A program made the translations under genes and the position numbers. From a bacterium (GTDB lineage: Bacteria > UBA8248), in the NCBI GenBank assembly GCA_965204535.1, contig OZ241996.1, positions 608,001-672,000 on the forward strand: a stretch of 64,000 nt of DNA, written 5' to 3'. Below the pieces are notes generated by a model. That model was not told where the DNA came from. It made no database searches and saw nothing but the letters and a program-made list of their open reading frames with translations. Positions 1 to 9,628 of the stretch are shown here, one piece after another. How positions within the stretch are numbered: position 1 is the first letter of the stretch; each line of letters starts with the position of its first letter.

Positions 1-1
1 C

Positions 2-1009
2 TACCTGCCGATGCGCACCTCGCTCACCGGCGAGACCGCGCCCCCTCCGCGGAACCCGCGCCTCCAGAACTGCCTGGAAGAGTACCTGTTCGAGCAGTAC
101 GACCGCGAAGGCGAGGCGATCCGCGCGAGCATTCGAACCGCGCAGAAACTCGATACCGGCTATCTGCCCGAGAAAGTCCGCAAGAAGCTGACCGGCGGCA
201 TGGAGAAGGCGGCCCGCACCTTCGAGCTGGTGGCGCAAGTGCGCCGCACGAGTTCGGAGCGGAAGAAGTTCGGAGAAACTTATAAGCCCGTGCATACCGT
301 CATCAGGCGCGTCAACGCGGAGGAGAGGCGTATAGACCGCGAGATCCGCGAGATCCGCACCACCATCCGGCGCATGGGGCGCGATACGGACGCCGCTGCG
401 GCGCTGCGCCACGAGATCGAGGAGCTCACGAAGCGAAGGGCCCGCGCCGAGGCGAGACGCCCCGAAGGGGGAAAGAAGATGCGCCGGCGTTATCTGACTC
501 TCGAAAAGAAGGAGACCCGCGCCCGCCGCGCCTACCGGCGCAACGTCGACGACGCCTACGCCTCCGTGCGTTCGATGCGCGAGATGCTGGCGAAGGTAGC
601 GGCTCTAGAGCAAGCCGGCGCGAAGCTCAAGGGGTTGCCGGAAATCCTTCAGACGCAGACGGCCAAAAAGGCGGGTTCCGCCATCCGCGAAGCCGGGCGG
701 GCGTTCAGAAAAGTGCCCGGAACCTACGATCTGCGCTCAGGTCTCTCCAGGGCGCGCTCGGACGCGAGGCGCGGCAAGTCAGGCCTTAAGCGCGCCGAGA
801 AGCGCCTGAATGATGTGATCGCCCTGTTCGAGCGCGAGGTGGCGTGGCGCTCCCGCGCCGCCCGGGAGCTCGACCCCGGCCTGGCCGCCTACGAGGCCGC
901 CATACGCGGAACCATCGGGGTCCGGCAACTGGAACGCCTGCCGACCCGGTTCGCGAAACCCGTGGCGGCCTGCATGTCCCACCACCGCGACATCTCGCTC
1001 AGCTTCTAG
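2..1009 (+). CDS. C-terminal helical extension of a TRAP transporter large permease (DctM-like), 5'-truncated by window edge
   Basis: Frame is open from window start. The APPPRNPRLQNCLEEY...CMSHHRDISLSF segment resembles the long soluble C-terminus of extended DctM subunits (recognition from memory). Confidence 0.6.
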   Translation, partial: YLPMRTSLTGETAPPPRNPRLQNCLEEYLFEQYDREGEAIRASIRTAQKLDTGYLPEKVRKKLTGGMEKAARTFELVAQVRRTSSERKKFGETYKPVHTVIRRVNAEERRIDREIREIRTTIRRMGRDTDAAAALRHEIEELTKRRARAEARRPEGGKKMRRRYLTLEKKETRARRAYRRNVDDAYASVRSMREMLAKVAALEQAGAKLKGLPEILQTQTAKKAGSAIREAGRAFRKVPGTYDLRSGLSRARSDARRGKSGLKRAEKRLNDVIALFEREVAWRSRAARELDPGLAAYEAAIRGTIGVRQLERLPTRFAKPVAACMSHHRDISLSF

Positions 1010-1190
1010 CCGCGCCGTGCGTCCGTGAATCACAGCGGGTATTCCGAGGAAAAGGAAAGTCATCTTATCCCGGCGGGTCGCAACGCGCCCACCCAACAAG
1101 AGCGTCCTTGACGAGTCGTGAGGTCATGCGGTAGGTTTGCTGTAGTTTCGTTCTTTTTTCACGCCCGCCCGTATACGTCGGTAAGGTTCC

Positions 1191-1952
1191 ATGGACGCCC
1201 ATTCTCGGATGAAGACGGGAAAAGCGCCTGAAAGAGAATCGAACGCAGCGGCGCGCGCCTTATCGCCGCCCAAGCGCGTCGTGCGGAGCGGCGAGGCGAC
1301 GAACGATCTCGTCTGGAGCGCATCTACCGAGAGAAACGACAGCGTTTTCCCTCGCATCCTCGATTTATACGTGAAGCCTGGAAGCATCGTCGCCGACGTG
1401 ACCTACGGGAAGGGCGTGTTCTGGCGCAACGTCGCAGACGGCCGATACGAGCTCAGGGCCACCGACATTCAAGGCGGCGTCGATTGCCGCGCACTGCCCT
1501 ATGGGGACGGGGAAATCGATTGCGTCGTGCTCGACCCTCCGTACATGCACTCGCCGGGAGGAACGGCGCATCGCTCGCATACGCCCTTTGAGGAACACTA
1601 CCGCAACAACGGCACCGGCAATCGAACCGGAAGCAAGTACCACGAAGCGGTGCTCGACCTGTATCTGGACGCCGGTCGAGAGGCGCACCGGGTCCTGCGC
1701 GAGCGCGGCGTTCTCATCGTCAAGTGTCAGGACGAGGTCTGCTCGAACCGGCAAAGGTTCACGCACGTCGAGATAATGGGGGCGTACGAAGAGACGGGAT
1801 TCGTCGCGGAGGATTTGTTCGTCGTGGTGCGCAACAACCGGCCCGGCGTGAGCCGCGCCGTGAAGCAGGTGCACGCGCGAAAGAACCATTCCTACTTCCT
1901 CGTTTTCTGGAAGCGAGGGATCGGGGGGAGAGTCTGGGAACCCCCGGCGTGA
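1191..1952 (+). CDS. Amino (N6A/N4C) DNA methyltransferase
   Basis: SAM-binding DVTYGKG motif followed by catalytic LDPPY motif. Confidence 0.85.
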   Translation: MDAHSRMKTGKAPERESNAAARALSPPKRVVRSGEATNDLVWSASTERNDSVFPRILDLYVKPGSIVADVTYGKGVFWRNVADGRYELRATDIQGGVDCRALPYGDGEIDCVVLDPPYMHSPGGTAHRSHTPFEEHYRNNGTGNRTGSKYHEAVLDLYLDAGREAHRVLRERGVLIVKCQDEVCSNRQRFTHVEIMGAYEETGFVAEDLFVVVRNNRPGVSRAVKQVHARKNHSYFLVFWKRGIGGRVWEPPA

Positions 1953-2446
1953 ACGCAGTCGAGCTTCTCCTTGAAGTCATTCGCGATCATTCACCCGTCT
2001 CGAAGTGGACGAATGCGCCGCTCGAGAGTTTCCGGCGCGTGGAGAACACGAACCGGGGTGCGATCGGCGAACATTTCATACGCCGCTATCTCGAAGAAAA
2101 CGGAATCGAAACGCAAGGCGGCTCACGCCTCAGGCCGACCGATCTGACCATCGCAAGTCGACGTTTCGAGGTGAAAACGGCGTCTGAAGATAAAACGGGC
2201 AACTTCCAGTTCAACCATATCCGCATGGATCGCGGGTACGACTATCTGCTCTGCCTGGGCGTATCGCCCGCCGACATCCGGTTCAACGCCTGGCGCAAGG
2301 GCGAGGTGGCCGAAGGCGACGCCGGACGGCTGGTGCGGATGGCCGAAGGCCAGAGCGTCACCTTCAAACTCACGAAACGCTTGGCCGATATGCGGCCAAT
2401 CGACGCGCTTCCCGAGTGGGTGCGTTCGGCGGTTTTGGCGGGTTAG
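1949..2446 (+). CDS. Putative PD-(D/E)xK restriction endonuclease
   Basis: GTG start overlaps MTase stop (GTGA); G.IGE...TD...FEVK motif; about 165 aa. Confidence 0.7.
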   Translation: MNAVELLLEVIRDHSPVSKWTNAPLESFRRVENTNRGAIGEHFIRRYLEENGIETQGGSRLRPTDLTIASRRFEVKTASEDKTGNFQFNHIRMDRGYDYLLCLGVSPADIRFNAWRKGEVAEGDAGRLVRMAEGQSVTFKLTKRLADMRPIDALPEWVRSAVLAG

Positions 2447-2522
2447 GTATTTGGGTTTTCCGTGTTTCGCTTTCGGCGTAACTCCGGCCTCGTTCCCGAC
2501 CGATGCGGGAGATATGTCTTGT

Positions 2523-2550
2523 GTAGGGACAGGTCGCGACCTGTCCCTAC
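2523..2550. repeat. GTAG-type REP palindrome GTAGGGACAGGTCGCGACCTGTCCCTAC
   Basis: Perfect 28-bp palindrome; identical copies at 6753-6780 and 39380-39407. Confidence 0.9.
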
Positions 2551-2611
2551 GGGTTCCGGGTGAAACATTTCGGGAGGCCGTCAAAAACAAGCGGCCGCAA
2601 GACCCTCGTCC

Positions 2612-3511
2612 CTACTCGCCACCCCCCTCCCTCGCCTCGAAAACCTTATACACCGCCGCGCTGTCGAGGGAACCGAAGCCCATTTCCTGTCCCTCGGTGA
2701 AAAAGGGCAGGCAGAGATCGCCCAGCGGCATGTTCGCGTTCACGCTTTGGCCCAAGGCGAGGCCGAGCTTGATGTCCTTGGTCAGCACGTCGAGCGTGCT
2801 CACGGGATTCGAGAAGTCTCCGCTCACCATCCGTGGCCCCCGGTTTCTGAGCTGCCTGCTGTCGGCGGCGCTTCTCATGAAGGCGTCGAGCAGGAGTTCC
2901 CCTTTCACGCCCGCTCTCAGGCCCATGCGCAGCGTCTCGGCGATCGAGCACCGCTGCAGGCAGGTGAGGTAGTTGATGAGCACCTTCATCGTCGCGCCGT
3001 CGCCCGCAGCACCGCAGTGAATCTGGTCCGAAAGCAGACGGCCGAGCATGTCCTTCACAAGCGCGTGCGTCCGCTCCTCACCGCCGACGAGGAAGAGGCC
3101 CGAGCGGTTCTTCACGTTCTCGCTGTTGCCGCTCACGCACGCCTCCATGAAGTCGAAGCCGCGCTCCGCGCACAGTCGCGCCATCTCGCGCGTATCCTCG
3201 GGATCGGACGTGGTGGTGTCGACCACGGCCTTCGGCTTTTTCTCCGGATCGGCTGTGAGATAGCCGTCCTCCCCCCGCGCGCATTCGAGGGAAATTTTCG
3301 AGTTCGGCACCGAGATGAAGACGAAATCCGCCGCCTCGGCCACTTCCTTGGGAGAGGCGAGAACCTCCCCGCCCAGAGCCTTGAATTCCTCTTGCGCCGC
3401 CGGAACCGGGTCCGCGCCGATGAGGCGGTAGCCGTCCTCGATCAGGTTCCTGGAAAACGCCCGGCCCATGAGGCCCAGGCCGATGAAGCCGATGGTTTCT
3501 TCTCTTTGCAT
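2612..3511 (-). CDS. NAD(P)-dependent oxidoreductase, 3-hydroxyisobutyrate dehydrogenase family
   Basis: IGFIGLGLMG Rossmann motif; catalytic Lys in GATMKVLIN; KDIKLG. Confidence 0.9.
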   Translation of the reverse strand: MQREETIGFIGLGLMGRAFSRNLIEDGYRLIGADPVPAAQEEFKALGGEVLASPKEVAEAADFVFISVPNSKISLECARGEDGYLTADPEKKPKAVVDTTTSDPEDTREMARLCAERGFDFMEACVSGNSENVKNRSGLFLVGGEERTHALVKDMLGRLLSDQIHCGAAGDGATMKVLINYLTCLQRCSIAETLRMGLRAGVKGELLLDAFMRSAADSRQLRNRGPRMVSGDFSNPVSTLDVLTKDIKLGLALGQSVNANMPLGDLCLPFFTEGQEMGFGSLDSAAVYKVFEAREGGGE

Positions 3512-3596
3512 GATCGCTGTTATCTCCCTGCTTGGGTGTCTCGTTGATTGTCTTGTCAGAAGAGGTAAACCGGATTCGGCGCGGCGCGCCCGAAAC

Positions 3597-4643
3597 TCAG
3601 CCTTCTTTCGGAATGAGCACCACCTTGATGGCCCCGTCCTTTCGCTCGCGCATCATTTCGATGCCCCGGTGCACCATGGAAAGGGGAATCCGGTGCGTGA
3701 TCATGGGCTTTACGTTCAACTCTCCCCGGGCGGCGAGGTCGATGCAGACTTCGAAGGTGTCGGGGTGTCCGCGCGAGCCGATGATCTCTTTTTCGAGATG
3801 CTGGAGATGTTCGAGCGCGATGGGCGCATCCACCGAGAACGCGCCCACGACCACGATGCGCCCGCCCTTGCGCGCCATCTCGAAGGCTTGGGCCATCGTC
3901 TTGTTCTGCGCCCCGCCCACGACTTCGAGCACGGCGTCCGCCCCGTGGCCGCCGGTCAGGTCCTTTACGGCGGAGACGGAATCATGCTCGTGTACGTCTA
4001 TCGTCTCATCCGCCCCCATCTCCCGGGCGACCTCGAGCCTCTCCGCCACCGCGTCGATAGCGATGACGCGGCATCCGGCGTATTTTGCACAAGCGAGCGC
4101 GCACAGCCCCACCGGCCCCATCCCGATGATGGCGACGGTCTCGCCCGCTTCCATCCGCGCGCGGTTCATCACCACGTGATAGCCCGTGCCCAGCGTCTGC
4201 ATGACCGAAGCCGTGGCGTCGTCCAGCGCATCCGGCAGGGGGAGGACGCACTTGGCGGGCGCTACGACGTGCCGGCTGTAGCCGCCGTCGGCGTTCATGC
4301 CGATGGAGCGCGAGTCGTTGCACAGGTTCACCCGGCCCATTTTGCAGAAATAACACACCCCGCAGTGCACGTGGTTCTCGATGCAGGCGCGCGCGCCGAC
4401 CTCCACGCCTTCGGCGCCCGGACCCAGCGCGCTCACCACGCCCATGAGTTCATGGCCCGGCACGACGGGATATTTCGCGCGCCGCACGTGGCCGTCTATC
4501 AGGTGGAAATCGCTGCCGCATATCGCGCACGCGCCGACTTCGACGAGCACCTCGCCCGGCCCCGGCTCGGGCGCGGGACGCTCCACGAGTTCGAGCCTCC
4601 CCGGTTCATGCAAGAGGGCGGCGAGTGAATTTCGGTCGTTCAC
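3597..4643 (-). CDS. Zn-dependent alcohol dehydrogenase (MDR family)
   Basis: ICGSD, GHE, CGVCYFC..C zinc cluster, GMGPVG. Confidence 0.92.
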   Translation of the reverse strand: MNDRNSLAALLHEPGRLELVERPAPEPGPGEVLVEVGACAICGSDFHLIDGHVRRAKYPVVPGHELMGVVSALGPGAEGVEVGARACIENHVHCGVCYFCKMGRVNLCNDSRSIGMNADGGYSRHVVAPAKCVLPLPDALDDATASVMQTLGTGYHVVMNRARMEAGETVAIIGMGPVGLCALACAKYAGCRVIAIDAVAERLEVAREMGADETIDVHEHDSVSAVKDLTGGHGADAVLEVVGGAQNKTMAQAFEMARKGGRIVVVGAFSVDAPIALEHLQHLEKEIIGSRGHPDTFEVCIDLAARGELNVKPMITHRIPLSMVHRGIEMMRERKDGAIKVVLIPKEG

Positions 4644-4760
4644 GAGAAATCCTCCGGTGGTGATTTTCGGTTTTCGGCGATTCGGCGACGCACTATAAGG
4701 TTTTATCGCCCGCTTCGCCAGAGGAGGGGGTCGTGTTTCTCTTCCTTTTCGCAGCTTCGG

Positions 4761-4934
4761 ACAACCCCCCCTACCCCCCCTTGTCAGGGGGCAAGAAAAA
4801 ACAAAAGCCCCTCAACCGGCGGTGGGCGTCGCCTTTTTTTACCCCCCTGACAAGGGGGGGTAGGGGGGGTTGCTTTTCTATTCGAGAGGGGCGTCTTCTC
4901 TACTCCCTGAAAAGGGGTCTTTTTCAACAACCCC
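4761..4934. repeat. Palindromic repeat element (CCCCCCTACCCCCCCTTGTCAGGGG family) ending in TTTTCAACAACCCC
   Basis: Internal inverted repeat; near-identical inverted copy at about 6645-6750. Confidence 0.85.
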
Positions 4935-5026
4935 GGCCGAGATCAAACCGCGCGCGGCGTCGACTTTCATCTTGCGCGGGCCGTCGGCAATGTGTTATTT
5001 TCGCTTTTTATTCTCTCGGGTGAGCC

Positions 5027-6265
5027 ATGCGCCGACCGACCAAGCCGAAGCGGCTCTATATCGATTTCGACGGTTTTTTCGCGTCCTGCGAGGAACAGGC
5101 GGACCCCGGCCTGCATGGCCGTCCCGTCGGGGTCATAGCGTTCGCGGGGGCGCGCAACAGTTGCGTGCTCGCCGCAAACCCTGCGGCCAAGAGGTTCGGC
5201 GTCAAGACCGGGACCGCCATCGCCGAGGCCCGCCGGTTGTGCCCCCGGATAACGCTCGCGCCGCAGCGGCCGGACATGTACGTCCGGATCCACCGGCGGA
5301 TCATCGCTGCGGTGCTCTCCGTGTTGCCGATCGACGTCGTTTGCTCGATCGACGAGCTCGCCGCCGTTCTGGGTGAGCGGGACCGCCCCGAAGAGGTCGC
5401 GGGGCGGATCAAGGCCCGGGTGCGGGCAGCCGTCGGGGAACGCATCACCTGCTCCATCGGCTGCGCGCCCAACAGGTGGCTCGCCAAGATCGCCGTGGAA
5501 CTGGACAAGCCCGACGGCCTGACGGTGCTGTTTCCCGCCGACCTGCCGGGTCCTCTCCTCGGCCTCGGGCTGGAGGCGTTGCCCGGGGTAGGCAAGCGCA
5601 TGCGCGCGCGTTTGAAACAAGGCGGGATAGCGACGGTCGAGGACGTCTGGAAAACGGATCCCGGACGGCTGCGTTCGCTCTGGGGCAGCGTGAATGGCGC
5701 GCGCTTCTGGTACGCGCTCCACGGCTACGCTGTGGAGCCGCCGGTGACGAGGCGCGGCTCGATCGGCCACGGCCGGGTCCTGCCTCCGGGGGAGCGCAGC
5801 GCGCAGTCCGCCCGGCCGATGGCCAGGCAACTGGTGGTGAAGGCGGCCCGGCGCCTGCGCCGGGAGGGGGTCTTCGCCCGGAGGCTCACCCTGTCGGCCG
5901 ACTGTCTCGATGCGCCCTCCTGGACGGCCTCGGCGGCCGTCCCAAGAGCGAACGACGATCTGACCTGCCTGGGCGCCCTCTCGGCGCTCTGGCCCGCACT
6001 CGCCTCGGCGCGGAGCCGGGCGGCGGTGTTCCGGATCGCCGTCTCGTTCGACCGGCTCACCTCCTCGGATGAAACACAACTCGAACTGCCTATCGGCGAG
6101 CCGGACGAGGGACGCCGGTTGGCGAGGCTTGCCGCCGCCGTCGATGCGATCAACGGCCGCTATGCGCGCACCGTCGTCGGCTACGGCGGCTGCGCTCCTC
6201 CGGGCGGCTACGTGGGGGCCAAGATCGGGTACGGCCGCATTCCCGGGCATGAGGATTTCCGGTAG
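5027..6265 (+). CDS. Y-family (DinB/UmuC-like) translesion DNA polymerase
   Basis: YIDFDGFFAS and SIDE catalytic motifs; AKIA..KPDG; LPGVG HhH. Confidence 0.9.
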   Translation: MRRPTKPKRLYIDFDGFFASCEEQADPGLHGRPVGVIAFAGARNSCVLAANPAAKRFGVKTGTAIAEARRLCPRITLAPQRPDMYVRIHRRIIAAVLSVLPIDVVCSIDELAAVLGERDRPEEVAGRIKARVRAAVGERITCSIGCAPNRWLAKIAVELDKPDGLTVLFPADLPGPLLGLGLEALPGVGKRMRARLKQGGIATVEDVWKTDPGRLRSLWGSVNGARFWYALHGYAVEPPVTRRGSIGHGRVLPPGERSAQSARPMARQLVVKAARRLRREGVFARRLTLSADCLDAPSWTASAAVPRANDDLTCLGALSALWPALASARSRAAVFRIAVSFDRLTSSDETQLELPIGEPDEGRRLARLAAAVDAINGRYARTVVGYGGCAPPGGYVGAKIGYGRIPGHEDFR

Positions 6266-6516
6266 TGGCGCTTTGTCTGGGCGATTACGCCGGGGGGGAC
6301 TGGTATTTCATCGCGTCATGCGGGGCCTGCGGCCGGGAGACGGCCCTGGAACCCGATGAACTCCTGGCCCGACCAGGGACGGGAAAAGTGCACCGCGGAA
6401 TGCGCGTGGAAGAGCTGGAGGCCCTCCTGCGCTGCCGGGAATGCCGCTCGAAGAGGGTGGATCTCGAGCCGGTCGCCAGAACCCGCAGACAGGGTTTCGT
6501 CGGCGGGATGATCTGA
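6265..6516 (+). CDS. Small zinc-ribbon protein
   Basis: CGAC...CREC; start overlaps polymerase stop. Confidence 0.65.
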   Translation: MALCLGDYAGGDWYFIASCGACGRETALEPDELLARPGTGKVHRGMRVEELEALLRCRECRSKRVDLEPVARTRRQGFVGGMI

Positions 6517-6575
6517 GAGGCGAGGCGCTTTTCGGGAATGCCGGGTATGTCTTGTCTCTCGCCGGTTTCGTTCGA

Positions 6576-6966
6576 GGGGTTGTTGAAAGAGCCTCCCTTG
6601 TCAGGGGACAAAGGACAGCCCCTCCTCGGGGCTGTCCTGCCCCCCCTACTCCCCTTGTCAGGGGGGTATAAAAAGGCGACGCCCGCCGCCGGGTAGAGGG
6701 GCTTTTGTTTTTTCTTGCCCCCCTGACAAGGGGGGGTAGGGGGGGTGGTTTTGTAGGGACAGGTCGCGACCTGTCCCTACGGCGGCGTCCCTCGACACGG
6801 CCCTTGCGGGCCTACTCAGGATGAGGGTGTTTTTAGTCTTCCTCACCCTGAGTAGCCGCCGAAGGTCAAACGCGACTGAGAAAGGAGCGTTTGTATCGAA
6901 GGGCCTGTCCCGATCCCCTCGAAGGGCGAGTTGGTTCTCTTTTTGAGGGACTTTTTCAACAATCCC
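6576..6966. mobile_element. MITE-like composite element containing three palindrome families
   Basis: Terminal IRs GGGGTTGTTGAAA / TTTTTCAACAATCCC, flanked on both sides by TCGA; no transposase. Confidence 0.65.
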
Positions 6967-7041
6967 TCGAATCAGCCCTGCGCGCCTTGCGGAGCGCGGG
7001 TCGGGATTGTAGGATTCGCGCGTCCTCAGGGAGAAAGCAAA

Positions 7042-8133
7042 ATGGTGATTCAAAAGAAAGAGGTAGGCGTCGGCCTGATCGGCGCGGGCAAGATCGGCTC
7101 GCTTCGCGCGCATCTGGCGGCAACCTCGCCGGTGGTGAATTTTTTCGCCATATCCGACATCGACCCCCAGCGCGCTGAGGCCGTCGCCCAGCAGAACGAG
7201 GCGGCCTTTCACACCTCGGACAACCGTGAGGTCATCGAACACCCCCAGGTGGATGCGTTAATCGTGTCGACGCCCGAGGGCGAGCACACAGAAGCCATCT
7301 GCATGGCGCTCGAAATCGGAAAGCCCGTTCTGGTGGAAAAGCCCATCGCACTCACGCTGCCGGATGCGGACAGGATCATGGAGTCGAGGGCCAGGGGCGG
7401 CGCCGAGCTCTACATCGGCTACACGCAGCGGATCAGGCGGAAATTCCTGGCGATCAAGGAGCACATCGACGCGGGCCGCCTCGGCGAGGTGATGACCGCG
7501 CGCATGACGATCTACAACACGCGCCCCACGGCGCGCCAGGTCTACCTGCGCGCCCCGCACGCGAACCCCTTCACGGACGAGATCACCTACATGGCCGACA
7601 TGGCGCTCTGGTTCTTCCAGCCCAGAAAGCCGGTGCGCGTCTACGCGCAGGCGGGCAGCGAGGTGTTTCACGATCATCCGGACGGGATGGGCGATTACGG
7701 CTGGGCGGTCGTCACCTTCGAGGACGGGGCGGCGGCGTGCCTGGGCGGGAACTGGGCGCTGCCCGAGTACTGGCCCGCCACGGTGGCGACCATCAGCATG
7801 GACATCTTCGGGAGCGAGGGCGCCATCCGCATCGACGACGGGCACAAGGACGTGATGATGGTGGGCAACGAGCGCGTCCCCTCGCCCTACGCGCCCGATT
7901 CCTCGGTGGAGGTCGCCTTTCTGGGCTCCGCCATGCCGGGCGACTGGGCCGTGGGCGATTTCGTGGGGCCGATGCGAGACGAGACGAGGCTGTTCCTGGA
8001 GCGCGTCACCACCGGCAAGGATGTGCCGCTTTGCGACGCGGAGACGGGCCGCGCCGTGCTCGAACTCACTCTCGCGATGGAAGAGAGCGCCCGCCGGGGC
8101 GGCGAGGTGGTCGAACTGCCGTTTAAAGGATGA
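7042..8133 (+). CDS. Gfo/Idh/MocA family oxidoreductase
   Basis: GLIGAGKIG and VEKP motifs; purine-rich RBS-like sequence before ATG 7042. Confidence 0.9.
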   Translation: MVIQKKEVGVGLIGAGKIGSLRAHLAATSPVVNFFAISDIDPQRAEAVAQQNEAAFHTSDNREVIEHPQVDALIVSTPEGEHTEAICMALEIGKPVLVEKPIALTLPDADRIMESRARGGAELYIGYTQRIRRKFLAIKEHIDAGRLGEVMTARMTIYNTRPTARQVYLRAPHANPFTDEITYMADMALWFFQPRKPVRVYAQAGSEVFHDHPDGMGDYGWAVVTFEDGAAACLGGNWALPEYWPATVATISMDIFGSEGAIRIDDGHKDVMMVGNERVPSPYAPDSSVEVAFLGSAMPGDWAVGDFVGPMRDETRLFLERVTTGKDVPLCDAETGRAVLELTLAMEESARRGGEVVELPFKG

Positions 8134-8137
8134 AAAA

Positions 8138-9226
8138 GTGAAGCAGATCGGATTGGGCATCATTGGTTCGGGGCGCATGGGGAGGCTGCGCGCGCACCTG
8201 GCGTCGGGCTCGCCGGAGGTGAAATTTCTGGCGCTCTCGGACAGGGACCCGGCACGTGCGAAACTCATTGCGGAAGAGACGCAGGCCGATTTCCACTCGG
8301 GCGACAATGAAGAAGTGCTCGCGCATCCCGACGTGGATGCCGTCATCGTCTCCACACCCGAGTTCGATCACGCCGACGCCGTCTGCCGGGCGCTGGAACT
8401 TGGAAAGCCCGTGCTGTGCGAAAAGCCCATATCCCTCTCTTTGGACGATGCGGACAGGATTCTCGCGGCGTATGAGAAATCGAATACCGAGCTCTTCATC
8501 GGCTACACGCAGCGCCAAAGGCGCCGTTTCCTGAACGCCAAGGAGCAGATTCAAAGAGGCCGCCTGGGGCATCTGCAGACCGCGCGGGCCACGCTCTATA
8601 ACGTCACCACCAACGGGGCGGAGATATACAAGCGCGCCGCCCATGCCGGCCCCGTCACCGACACGCTCACCTACATGGTGGACATCTGTCTCTGGTATTT
8701 CGAGGGCAGAAAGCCCAGGCGCGTCTACGCCCAGGGGGGCAGCAAGGTGTTTCCGCATCACCCCATGGGCTGCGGGGACTGGGCTTGGGCGATCCTCACC
8801 TTCGAGGACGGCGGCACCGTGAACTTCGGCTGCTCGTGGATACTGCCCGACAACTGGCCGGCGAACATCACCTCCATCGACCTCGAAGTCATGGGCACCG
8901 AGGGGGCCATCGCGATTGACGATTCGCACAAGAACGCCGTCATGGCGACGAACAAGGGCGTTCCCTCGCCGTATGTGGACGGCATGACCTCGGACGTGGT
9001 GTTCCTGGAGTCGATGATGGCGGGAGACTGGCTGGTGGGTGATTTCTGGGGGCCGATGCGCGATGAGACGAGGCTTTTTCTCGAAAGAGTGACGATGGGC
9101 CGGAGCGTCTCGCTGGCGCTTCCCCATCACGCCCGCACCGTGCTCGAGGTTACGCTGGCGATCGAGCACAGCGCGAAAGAGAACAGGCCGGTCGACTTTC
9201 CCCTCACGAACGCGCATTCCCATTAA
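8138..9226 (+). CDS. Gfo/Idh/MocA family oxidoreductase (tandem paralogue)
   Basis: GIIGSGRMG, CEKP; shares GPMRDETRLFLERVT with upstream gene. Confidence 0.9.
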   Translation: MKQIGLGIIGSGRMGRLRAHLASGSPEVKFLALSDRDPARAKLIAEETQADFHSGDNEEVLAHPDVDAVIVSTPEFDHADAVCRALELGKPVLCEKPISLSLDDADRILAAYEKSNTELFIGYTQRQRRRFLNAKEQIQRGRLGHLQTARATLYNVTTNGAEIYKRAAHAGPVTDTLTYMVDICLWYFEGRKPRRVYAQGGSKVFPHHPMGCGDWAWAILTFEDGGTVNFGCSWILPDNWPANITSIDLEVMGTEGAIAIDDSHKNAVMATNKGVPSPYVDGMTSDVVFLESMMAGDWLVGDFWGPMRDETRLFLERVTMGRSVSLALPHHARTVLEVTLAIEHSAKENRPVDFPLTNAHSH

Positions 9227-9238
9227 GTCCCATTCGCG

Positions 9239-9610
9239 GTGAACTCCGGGCAACAGACCCTGCTTTCGCATCCTCAGTACGAACTCGGAAAATCCGCTTC
9301 GGGCGAGTTTTTCATACTCACAGGCGATCTCGATGCGGAGGGAGCGGCGCGTGTTCTCGAAGCGATGGAAGGCCAGGTCTTGAGCGCAGACCTCACGAGC
9401 CTCAATCTGGAGGAGCTTGAGCTTATTGACGGCGCCGCCGTCGCCCGGATGGTGGATTTAATAAGGCTCCTTTTGAGAGGCTCTGCGAGTGTTCGCGTAT
9501 TAAAATCTCCGCAGTCTCTGGCGCACACCCTCTACCGGGTGGGGATGCTGGAGGGAGACGCGCGGCTCGAACTCATCGAACCGAGGCAGGAAGAGGGTAC
9601 GACCAACTGA
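9239..9610 (+). CDS. Small STAS-like domain protein
   Basis: LTGDLD...L.LEELELIDGAAVA pattern resembling STAS fold. Confidence 0.5.
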   Translation: MNSGQQTLLSHPQYELGKSASGEFFILTGDLDAEGAARVLEAMEGQVLSADLTSLNLEELELIDGAAVARMVDLIRLLLRGSASVRVLKSPQSLAHTLYRVGMLEGDARLELIEPRQEEGTTN

Positions 9611-9628
9611 GGAAGACAGGAGCCATCC

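Noticed and set aside
4985-5026. LexA box upstream of the Y-family polymerase
   Set aside because: No convincing match to SOS-box consensus sequences I know
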